IMG/VR virus record: IMGVR_UViG_3300021960_000314
Location: 1 to 31,572 of that record
From: a virus
Taxonomy: Duplodnaviria; Caudoviricetes
Strand: one strand, 5' to 3'
Length of the DNA stretch: 31,572 nucleotides
The notes under the pieces were generated by a model. It saw only the letters and a program-made list of their open reading frames with translations, was not told the DNA's origin and made no database searches. Below, piece by piece: positions 1 to 7,382 of this stretch. Position 1 is the stretch's first letter, and the number at the start of each line of letters is the position of its first letter. Position numbers and translations under genes: made by a program.

Positions 1-2
1 TA

Positions 3-842
3 GGTGTTGCAGATGATGTTATTAAAGGAACATTTGATGCAATGAAAATTGAAGTGCCAGCAGCGGATGCAACAGCAGGCGGTGATGAACCAGCAGCAAC
101 TGATGATGGACCGGTTGATTCGGATCCAACTACACCCGGTGTCCAAGAAAAAGACAAACAATTTATTATGGTTGCAGATCCAAAAGATAAAACTAAATTT
201 AATGTGGTCGATTCGGAAACACAAGCAGTTGTAGATGGCGGAGCAGGACTTGATGCAGGTAGCGCAGAAGAAATGCGTGATGAAAAGAATGCAGAAGTTG
301 TAGCAACTAAACAAGCGGCTGCAGATGGTGCAACAGACGCGAATACAGCGTCAACAGCAGATACCACTAGCACAACAGGAATTAAAAATGCACCTTTTAT
401 TACAGTTCCAAATGAAAAAGACGGAACCAAAGTTGACGTAATTGATAGCAAAACCAAAAAGCCAGTAGACGGTGGTGCAGGACTTGATACGGCCGCAGCA
501 GACAAATTGCGTGACACTAAAAATGCTGAAGTCAAACAAGCAGCAACAAGCACAGATGGTGCCACAGACGCTAATACAGCGTCAACAAGCGGTGGTCAAG
601 GTGCAGATGCTACAACTGAACCAACGGATCAAGTAGACGCAAATAAAGACGGAAAAGACGATGCTACAGGCGAACCTATGAAGCAGATAGCAGGCGCTGG
701 AACTGATAGAACAGCAGGCGCTCAAAATGCACAAGCAGGTGGAGCACCACAAGCACCAGCAGATATGAATGCACTAGTTCAAAGTATTAAGAAGTTAAAG
801 CCTGAAGTACAAGCAATAATTAAGAAACAACTTGCCGCTTAG
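3..842 (+). CDS. 5'-truncated acidic Ala/Thr/Asp-rich protein with two ~65-aa internal repeats; function unknown
   Basis: The frame of the 42..842 ORF is open back to the window edge (GVADDVIKGTFDAMKIE...), so the true start lies upstream. Low-complexity linkers flank a duplicated domain. Confidence 0.8.
   Translation, partial: GVADDVIKGTFDAMKIEVPAADATAGGDEPAATDDGPVDSDPTTPGVQEKDKQFIMVADPKDKTKFNVVDSETQAVVDGGAGLDAGSAEEMRDEKNAEVVATKQAAADGATDANTASTADTTSTTGIKNAPFITVPNEKDGTKVDVIDSKTKKPVDGGAGLDTAAADKLRDTKNAEVKQAATSTDGATDANTASTSGGQGADATTEPTDQVDANKDGKDDATGEPMKQIAGAGTDRTAGAQNAQAGGAPQAPADMNALVQSIKKLKPEVQAIIKKQLAA
162..587 (+). repeat. Tandem duplication of a ~65-aa domain (162-356 and 396-587; period 234 nt)
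   Basis: FIMVADPKDKTKFNVVDS..VDGGAGLD..AEEMRDEKNAEV..DGATDANTAST versus FITVPNEKDGTKVDVIDS..VDGGAGLD..ADKLRDTKNAEV..DGATDANTAST. Confidence 0.9.
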
Positions 843-970
843 AAAAACGGCAGTTTAGTTTTTTTGGTAGTTTCAAGATTTTCTTTGATAATATCGTTAA
901 TGATATTTCTTTCTTCCCAAGACATAGTCGCGACTTCACTGTAAGAAAGACCTCTCATATACCAACACAT
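839..970 (-). CDS. Small baseplate-hub-assembly (gp51-like) ORF, 43 aa from its ATG; probably also the C-terminal part of a -1 frameshift fusion with the upstream gp26-like gene
   Basis: Not in the ORF track. Translates as MCWYMRGLSYSEVATMSWEERNIINDIIKENLETTKKTKLPFF*. The frame stays open upstream to about 1100 and overlaps the end of the 307-aa ORF in the -1 frame. Its position after a gp26-like gene matches that in marine T4-like phages. Confidence 0.7.
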   Translation of the reverse strand: MCWYMRGLSYSEVATMSWEERNIINDIIKENLETTKKTKLPFF

Positions 971-1050
971 TTTAAGAAGTTCCTTCTTAAGGACTCTCGC
1001 CTCTTTATCTAATATTTCGGCTTCGCGTAAAATCTCAGGACGAGAAAGGG

Positions 1051-1974
1051 TTAAGATTTTACTCCGAAAAAATTTGCTTGGTCCATTGTAAGTTGAACAT
1101 CAAACTCGTGTTCGCAATCGCCGCACTTGACTTTCTTTGCTTTAAGTTCTAGTTGTTTGGCAATAACTTGCAAGTGTTCACTTAATGTTGTAAAAATTTC
1201 TTTGTCAGCATTTTGTACAAAATCTGAAATCATCTGTTTATCAGTTACAGTACCTTGTGGACTTGTAATAGATACAATGCTTTGTACTACAACCGACACA
1301 GTCATTTCTGTAAGTTTAATAAAACTTGCTCCAAATTTTTCAAGTTTTTGTTCTTCAGATAATGTTTCATTGTTGATTATCTCAAAAATTCTTTCTTGTT
1401 CAATTTGCTGTATTTGTTTGTGAGTAATTTCTTTGTAACTGTAAGGTTTTAAACCAAACACTAAATCGCCAATTTGCAATTGTTCAGGATATGCAAAGTT
1501 ACTAATTCTTTCAAGATGTTCACCTAATTGATAATCATAAAGTTGTTCTTCTTTGCATTTAGGGCAAATTGAAGTAACTTCCATTTTGTCGCCGTATGTT
1601 GCAATTCTAATTGCTACTAGGCAAGCGTCTACGTCAAGCGTAGGCATTTTCCACGGTTGTCTAATTGCAGGAATACAACTTTTAATAACTTCAGTTGTTG
1701 CTGCACCGTTCATTAATGCGTCTGGTGTTTTATACATTAGTTCATCTTTTGCTGTCATTGCATACACAGCATATCTGCCATCTTCACTGACATCAAGTGT
1801 ACCTTCTTCATACCACTTACCACCACTTGGTAGTTGTAGATATACTTTAGGTTGTCTATAATACCCGGCTAACGGATTGACAGGAGCCGCCTGTGTTGGC
1901 GCCACGTTGGGTGCGCTACTCATAGCAGGCTGCCCGGCAATCTCAACCTTTGGCATTTCCATTTTTTCATCCAT
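1051..1974 (-). CDS. T4 gp26-like baseplate hub subunit / tail assembly chaperone
   Basis: Motifs YLQLPSGG, AMTAKDE, D.DACL.AIRIATYG and two CxxC pairs (CPKC, CGDC), with NFF near the C-terminus, are typical of the T4 baseplate hub family. GGAG RBS lies upstream on the minus strand. Confidence 0.75.
   Translation of the reverse strand: MDEKMEMPKVEIAGQPAMSSAPNVAPTQAAPVNPLAGYYRQPKVYLQLPSGGKWYEEGTLDVSEDGRYAVYAMTAKDELMYKTPDALMNGAATTEVIKSCIPAIRQPWKMPTLDVDACLVAIRIATYGDKMEVTSICPKCKEEQLYDYQLGEHLERISNFAYPEQLQIGDLVFGLKPYSYKEITHKQIQQIEQERIFEIINNETLSEEQKLEKFGASFIKLTEMTVSVVVQSIVSITSPQGTVTDKQMISDFVQNADKEIFTTLSEHLQVIAKQLELKAKKVKCGDCEHEFDVQLTMDQANFFGVKS
1066..1075 (-). other. Putative -1 programmed ribosomal frameshift site (A AAU UUU UUC)
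   Basis: Minus strand reads GCA AAT TTT TTC GGA GTA AAA TCT TAA. This is an in-phase X XXY YYZ heptamer, and the -1 frame is open for 76 further codons. Confidence 0.65.
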
Positions 1975-1986
1975 ATTTTTCTCCGA

Positions 1987-1992
1987 TAAATA
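1987..1992 (+). promoter_or_regulatory. T4-type late promoter core (TAAATA) for the tape-measure-like gene
   Basis: GATAAATAA in the intergenic gap; the same hexamer recurs in most other intergenic gaps. Confidence 0.5.
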
Positions 1993-2019
1993 ACATTGTT
2001 GTAAAGTATTTACAATAAG

Positions 2020-2027
2020 TATTTATA
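2020..2027 (-). promoter_or_regulatory. T4 late promoter consensus TATAAATA driving the gp26-like gene
   Basis: Plus-strand TATTTATA is an exact TATAAATA on the minus strand, about 45 nt upstream of the ATG at 1974. A second minus-strand TAAATA lies at 2007-2012. Confidence 0.65.
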
Positions 2028-2053
2028 TGCGCATATTTCTAGGAATTTAATTA

Positions 2054-4663
2054 ATGGCAGATGTAACAGGACAATTTGGTGATCAAGAAGTAGTACTTAA
2101 TAATGCTGCCACCGAAGTAACATTAAAACAATTAGTTGCTGTTATGTCCGCTATGGCTAAAAAAGCCGGCGTTGAGATTAAAAGCGACAAAGAACTAGAT
2201 GCTTCATTAAAAAGACTTGGAAAACAGACCGAAGCAGGAGTAAGATCCGGAAGGAAATTCCAACGTTCGCAAGATAAACTTGGCAAAGGTGCTGATAAAG
2301 CAAGTGAATCTCTAGACGATGCAGCAGAAAGTGCAGATACGTTTGGCTCGGCAATTAAAAGCAATCTTCAGTTTATTGGAAAACTAGGACAAACAGCACA
2401 AAAAGCAATTGATTACATAGGCGGCACATTATCTAGTATCGCTAATATGGGCGACAGCATTACAAGTGCTACAGATACACTTGGTAACATTCCATTAGTT
2501 GGTGATGCAATTAAAGGTGTTTATGGACCTGTTGCAGGTGCAGTTGAACAACTACAAACACAGTTTCAAAGCGCAGCATCAGTAGGTGCTAACTTTGGCG
2601 GTAACATAGCGAACTTTAGTAGATCAGCAGGAAACGCTGGTATGACTATGGAACAGTTCTCAGGCGTAATTCAAAAAAATGCTCAAAACTTAGTATTCCT
2701 TGGCGGTAGCACAGCAGATGGTGCTAAACGTTTAGCCGATATGGGTAAAGAAATTAGGAAGTCGCAAGTCGGTGACGAACTAGCAAGATTAGGTTATAGC
2801 ACAGTTGATATTAACAACGGACTTGCAGAGTATTCGGGTAGACTTGCAAGAAACGGTAGAGCTGAACAATTAAGTAACAAACAGTTAATTTCATTAACTG
2901 GAACTTATATGAAAAACTTAGATGCAGTATCTAAGTTAACTGGTAAATCAAAAGAAACACTTCAAGCAGAACAAGACGCTAGACAAGCAGACGCACAATA
3001 CAGAATTATGATGTCCAAACTTGGACCTGAACAACAGGCCGAGATGGAAAAACTTATGGATTCAATTCCTAAGGCACACCAAACTGGACTAAAAGAAATT
3101 TTAGCAACTGGTACTGCTACATCTAAAGAAGGTGTTAAGGCAATGGCTTTCCTAAGAGAGTCAGGCGGTGAAGCACAGAAAATTTATCAGAAGATACAAA
3201 GTGGTCAACAACTAGAAGAAGGCTTTGCTAGTTCCTTCTATGATACCTATGCAGCAGAAGCCAAGAAGTTTGCTGAGTCACCCGTTGGTCAAACACTAGG
3301 TAAATTTGACGATGAAATGAACGACTTCTACGTTGCAGCAGCAGACGTAGCAAATAGAAATAAATCACTTGCTGATATACAAAAAGAAATTGAAGCCAGC
3401 CTAAAGAAAAACAGAGATGATGCTGCTAAAGGTGTTGGAGACATAATTGATCCAGCAGCAATTAAAACATTCAAAGAAAATATTGCACAAGCATCAACAG
3501 AATTTACAACAGCACTAGGCAGTATTGATCTTAAACCACTAGAAAGTGTATTCACTCAAGCACTTGACGCAGCAGAAAAATATCTTGTTCCAGCACTTCA
3601 AAAGGCAGCAGACAACTTTCCGTTATTCCTTACAGCAATGGGCGGCGCCAATCTTGCACTGAAAGCATTAGAACTTGCAGCAGGTGCAGCAGCCGCAGCA
3701 CAAATGCTAGGGTTAAGAAGAGGCCCAGGAGCCGGAGCATCTACTGCTACAGGAAATAAACCAAAGCCAAAACCAGGTGCAGGTGCTGCTAAAGGCATAT
3801 TAAGAAGATTCGGACCACTAGGACTAGCATATGGTCTATACGAAGGTTATCAATCTTACAGCGCGATTGACGAATCTTTAGCAGCAGGAGAAATTACTGA
3901 AAACCAAGCAACAGTTCAAAAATCAGAATCTGTCGGTGCAACCGCAGGTGGCACAGGAGGTGCTATGGCTGGCGCAATGGCCGGCGCTGCTATTGGTTCG
4001 GTCGTACCTGTGGTTGGAACTGCTATTGGCGGATTGATTGGTGGTGCAATTGGATGGTGGGCAGGTTCGAGTGCAGGCGGTGCTATTGGTGAAAAAATTG
4101 GCGAAGGTCTTGTTGGCGAAGACACTATCAGAGATGTTGAAGATAAAATTGCAAACTTAAATGCTGCTATTGCAGAAGACAGTTGGAGTTCAGTTGGTTT
4201 TAGTGCAGATGATGAAAAACGAGAACTTGAACAATTACAAAAAGATCTAGCACTACTTAAACAGAAAAAAGCAGAAGAAGAACGAGCGGCTGCAACAACA
4301 GCAGATGGTGTTCCAAAAAATCCAGACGGTACGTTATCAGACGATCCGAATGTAGGAACCGAAGAAACTCCTTCAACAAATGCAACTGATGCTCAAAAGA
4401 CACTAGAACAACAAGCAGCAGAAGCAGAAAAGAAAAAAGCAGAAGAAGAAAGAAAACGATTAGAAGAAGAAAAGAAAAAGCAAGAAGCCTTAGACGGTGT
4501 ACCAATGAGTGAGAGCTCTCAGAAAACTCCAGACCAACTATTATCCGAGTTAAATAGTAGTATGAACCAATTAGTACAATTGGCGACTACACAAACTATG
4601 CTTGCCAAAAAACAACTTGGTGTTACTGGTGAAAATGTTGGTGACTTATACGGAGCGGTATAG
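2054..4663 (+). CDS. Tape-measure-like protein (869 aa)
   Basis: Long Ala/Gly/Gln-rich helical protein with a glycine-zipper hydrophobic segment (GGAMAGAMAGAAIGSVVPVVGTAIGGLIGGAIGWWAG) and a charged coiled-coil C-terminus; adjacent to the baseplate hub gene. Confidence 0.6.
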   Translation: MADVTGQFGDQEVVLNNAATEVTLKQLVAVMSAMAKKAGVEIKSDKELDASLKRLGKQTEAGVRSGRKFQRSQDKLGKGADKASESLDDAAESADTFGSAIKSNLQFIGKLGQTAQKAIDYIGGTLSSIANMGDSITSATDTLGNIPLVGDAIKGVYGPVAGAVEQLQTQFQSAASVGANFGGNIANFSRSAGNAGMTMEQFSGVIQKNAQNLVFLGGSTADGAKRLADMGKEIRKSQVGDELARLGYSTVDINNGLAEYSGRLARNGRAEQLSNKQLISLTGTYMKNLDAVSKLTGKSKETLQAEQDARQADAQYRIMMSKLGPEQQAEMEKLMDSIPKAHQTGLKEILATGTATSKEGVKAMAFLRESGGEAQKIYQKIQSGQQLEEGFASSFYDTYAAEAKKFAESPVGQTLGKFDDEMNDFYVAAADVANRNKSLADIQKEIEASLKKNRDDAAKGVGDIIDPAAIKTFKENIAQASTEFTTALGSIDLKPLESVFTQALDAAEKYLVPALQKAADNFPLFLTAMGGANLALKALELAAGAAAAAQMLGLRRGPGAGASTATGNKPKPKPGAGAAKGILRRFGPLGLAYGLYEGYQSYSAIDESLAAGEITENQATVQKSESVGATAGGTGGAMAGAMAGAAIGSVVPVVGTAIGGLIGGAIGWWAGSSAGGAIGEKIGEGLVGEDTIRDVEDKIANLNAAIAEDSWSSVGFSADDEKRELEQLQKDLALLKQKKAEEERAAATTADGVPKNPDGTLSDDPNVGTEETPSTNATDAQKTLEQQAAEAEKKKAEEERKRLEEEKKKQEALDGVPMSESSQKTPDQLLSELNSSMNQLVQLATTQTMLAKKQLGVTGENVGDLYGAV

Positions 4664-4675
4664 TAAAATAAGGAC

Positions 4676-4704
4676 TTGATTTCTTTTGAAAAAGGATGTA
4701 TAAT
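4676..4704 (+). promoter_or_regulatory. Sigma70-type promoter TTGATT-N17-TATAAT upstream of the portal gene
   Basis: -35 TTGATT at 4676-4681, 17-nt spacer, exact TATAAT at 4699-4704; ATG at 4713. Confidence 0.6.
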
Positions 4705-4712
4705 ATAAAATT

Positions 4713-6419
4713 ATGAGTTGGAAAAAATACTTTACACCCGTAAATGCCGATAATACAGGCGGTAGTTACAGTCCAATAAGTGGCGGTGGCCGCCCAGGAC
4801 CTGCACGAGCAAACTATAGTTCATATCTACCAGATGTTTATGCTGGTGCACCAAATCGTATTGAACGTTATATGCAGTACGACACAATGGATATGGATTC
4901 AGAAGTAAATGCTGCACTTGACATCCTAGCAGAATTTTGTACAGATAAAGATAGAGAAAATACTACACCGTTTCATTTCCATTTTAGAAACGCTGCAAGT
5001 AATATTGAAACAAGATTACTTAAAGACGCATTACAAAAATGGGTAAAACTAAATCAAATTGACAAGCGTATTTTTAGAATTGTAAGGAACACATTTAAGT
5101 ATGGAGATTGCTTTTTTATTAGGGATCCAGAAACTAAAAAACTTTTATACGTGGATCAAACCAAAGTCACAAAAATTATTGTTAACGAATCCGATGGAAA
5201 GGTTCCCGAGCAGTATGTTGTAAGAGATATTAATTTTAACTTTACAAGTTTAGTAGCAACAACTCCACATAATACAACTAACACTTCACCTAGCGGAACG
5301 AGTTCATATACTTCCGGGGGTGGATTTGGTAGAGGAATGGCAGGCCAAGTTCCTACACCATCAGGCACTAGGTTTCAAAGAGAAGCAAATGAAATTGCCG
5401 TAGATGCAAAACATATGGTACACATTTCATTATCAGAAGGATTAGATCAAAATTATCCTTTTGGTAATTCACTTTTAGAAAGTGTTTTTAAAGTATACAA
5501 ACAAAAAGAGTTATTAGAAGATGCGATTATTATCTATCGTATCCAACGTGCGCCTGAACGTAGAATTTTTTACGTTGACGTAGGTAATATGCCTGCGCAT
5601 ATGGCTATGAGCTTTGTTGAAAAAGTTAAAAATGAAATTCAACAAAGACGTATTCCAAGTGCAACAGGTGGCGGAACTAGTGTTATTGATGCTAGTTATA
5701 ATCCACTTTCAACAAACGAAGATTACTTCTTCCCACAAACAGCAGAAGGTAGAGGATCTAAAGTTGAAACATTACCAGGTGGTACTAACCTAGGCGAAAT
5801 TACAGACCTACGTTACTTCACTAATAAGTTATTCCGTGCTTTACGTATTCCGGCAAGTTATTTGCCTACAGCAATTGACGAACAAGCAAACACAGTATCA
5901 GACGGTAAAGTAGGTACAGCATATATTCAAGAATTACGCTTTAACAAGTATTGTGAAAGACTACAAGCAAATATTGTAGAATCGTTAGATATGGAATTTA
6001 AAATGTGGTTAAACAGTGCAGGTGTTAACATTGATCCTAGTCTGTTTGATCTTAAATTTAATCCACCACAAAACTTTGCAGCGTATCGTCAAGCAGAATT
6101 AGATACTACAAGAGCAAATATTTTTGGTGCAATTCAACAAGTACCTCACTTATCAAAACGTTTTGCACTAAAACGTTATCTTGGTTTAAGTGCAGAAGAG
6201 ATTGCAGAAAACGAAAGACTTTGGAAAGAAGAAAATGCAGGTAACTTACAACCACCTACTGATGCAGCAGGTGAAATGAGAAGTGCAGGCATTACTCCAG
6301 GTGGTATGGAAGCAGAGATGGGAGACCAAACTGCTGAAGCACCTGAAGATATGGCAGCAGCGGCTGAACCAGCAGGCGGAGAAGGGGATGCGACAGGCGG
6401 CACAGAAACTCCTGCCTAG
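4713..6419 (+). CDS. gp20: Portal vertex protein (T4 gp20 family)
   Basis: Hallmark motifs LLEDAIIIYRIQRAPERRIFYVDVGNMP, EDYFFP..AEGRGSKVETLPGG.NLGEI.D..YF..KLFRALRIP.S and QELRF.KY. Confidence 0.96.
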   Translation: MSWKKYFTPVNADNTGGSYSPISGGGRPGPARANYSSYLPDVYAGAPNRIERYMQYDTMDMDSEVNAALDILAEFCTDKDRENTTPFHFHFRNAASNIETRLLKDALQKWVKLNQIDKRIFRIVRNTFKYGDCFFIRDPETKKLLYVDQTKVTKIIVNESDGKVPEQYVVRDINFNFTSLVATTPHNTTNTSPSGTSSYTSGGGFGRGMAGQVPTPSGTRFQREANEIAVDAKHMVHISLSEGLDQNYPFGNSLLESVFKVYKQKELLEDAIIIYRIQRAPERRIFYVDVGNMPAHMAMSFVEKVKNEIQQRRIPSATGGGTSVIDASYNPLSTNEDYFFPQTAEGRGSKVETLPGGTNLGEITDLRYFTNKLFRALRIPASYLPTAIDEQANTVSDGKVGTAYIQELRFNKYCERLQANIVESLDMEFKMWLNSAGVNIDPSLFDLKFNPPQNFAAYRQAELDTTRANIFGAIQQVPHLSKRFALKRYLGLSAEEIAENERLWKEENAGNLQPPTDAAGEMRSAGITPGGMEAEMGDQTAEAPEDMAAAAEPAGGEGDATGGTETPA

Positions 6420-6422
6420 TCA

Positions 6423-6428
6423 TAAATA
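6423..6428 (+). promoter_or_regulatory. Late promoter core TAAATA, 5 nt before the ATG (leaderless)
   Basis: CATAAATAGTAATATG with no Shine-Dalgarno sequence; the same 14-mer occurs at 11308-11321. Confidence 0.6.
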
Positions 6429-6433
6429 GTAAT

Positions 6434-6673
6434 ATGCTTCTAAGAGAATTTTTATATTTTAATGACGAAATAAATGACTTTGCTGTTGATCGTAGATACG
6501 ACAACGACAAGGATAGTTCCGTTATGAGACGTGACGATACTAGAAAAGTCAGACTTACTCTTAGACAGATTAACGAGATAAGAATGCAGGCTGAAGCACA
6601 CGCTGCCGAGAAAGAATCGGAACTAAATTTTGTAAGGCAGATGTATGCAGCACCAGTTGAACCACAAGAGTAA
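6434..6673 (+). CDS. Small head-module protein (79 aa), possibly prohead core or internal protein
   Basis: Lies directly after the portal gene; its N-terminus MLLREF contains an L-x-E motif like gp21 cleavage sites. Confidence 0.7.
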   Translation: MLLREFLYFNDEINDFAVDRRYDNDKDSSVMRRDDTRKVRLTLRQINEIRMQAEAHAAEKESELNFVRQMYAAPVEPQE

Positions 6674-7310
6674 TAAGAAACGCTTCCAAAATGATCCTGC
6701 TTTTGTTCTAGGTAACGGAAACAGTAGATTATCAATTGATTGTCCTAGTCTGATTAATAAAGGCACAATCTATGGTTGTAATGCACAATACAGAGAATTT
6801 GACCCGCATTTTTTAATTGCAGTTGACGTTAAAATGGTTAACGAATTAATTGATGCTGACTATCATAAAAAAGGCACAGTTTGGACCAATCCAAATAAAG
6901 GCATAAAAACTAAATCAAATATTAATCTATTTTCACCCCACAAAGGTTGGTCAAGTGGACCAACAGCACTATGGTTTGCTGCAAGTAACGGTCATAAAAA
7001 CATATACATTATAGGCTTTGATTACGCAGGTAATAAAGGAAAGTTTAATAATGTGTATGCAGATACTTTCAATTATAAGAAAAGTACTGATGCAGCAACG
7101 TTTTTTGGTAACTGGTTAGGACAAACAGAAAAGGTTATTAAGGAGTTTAGAACTACTAAATTCTTTAGAGTTGTTGAAGAAGGCGGCTTTATACCTGATA
7201 AACTAGGTCCTCAACACGGTAATTTGACACATATTAGTAAGGAAGAATTCGAGAATACGTTTCCGGAAAGTATATATCAAAGCAAAACGAATCAAAAAAC
7301 TACCATTTAA
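6645..7310 (+). CDS. GT42 (CstII)/Maf/DUF115-like glycosyltransferase-fold protein
   Basis: Motifs AFVLGNGNSR, IYGCNAQY, LIAVD and SSGPTALWFAASNGHKNIYIIGFDY parallel the CstII-type GNGPS, CN and TSG...ALGYKEIYLSGIDF motifs. The start is uncertain (an in-frame TTG at 6657 is possible). Confidence 0.6.
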   Translation: MQHQLNHKSNKKRFQNDPAFVLGNGNSRLSIDCPSLINKGTIYGCNAQYREFDPHFLIAVDVKMVNELIDADYHKKGTVWTNPNKGIKTKSNINLFSPHKGWSSGPTALWFAASNGHKNIYIIGFDYAGNKGKFNNVYADTFNYKKSTDAATFFGNWLGQTEKVIKEFRTTKFFRVVEEGGFIPDKLGPQHGNLTHISKEEFENTFPESIYQSKTNQKTTI

Positions 7311-7332
7311 CCCCATTTTTATAAGTAAAATG

Positions 7333-7338
7333 TAAATA
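7333..7338 (+). promoter_or_regulatory. Late promoter core TAAATA for the core/protease/scaffold/capsid operon
   Basis: TGTAAATACA in the intergenic gap, followed by an AGGAGA RBS before 7383. Confidence 0.6.
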
Positions 7339-7382
7339 CATTAACAAACAGCCTTATGAAAATCAATATATAGGAGAATAAA

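Noticed and set aside
42-44. ATG at 42 as the true start of the first ORF
   Set aside because: The frame is open to the window edge, so this is probably an internal Met.
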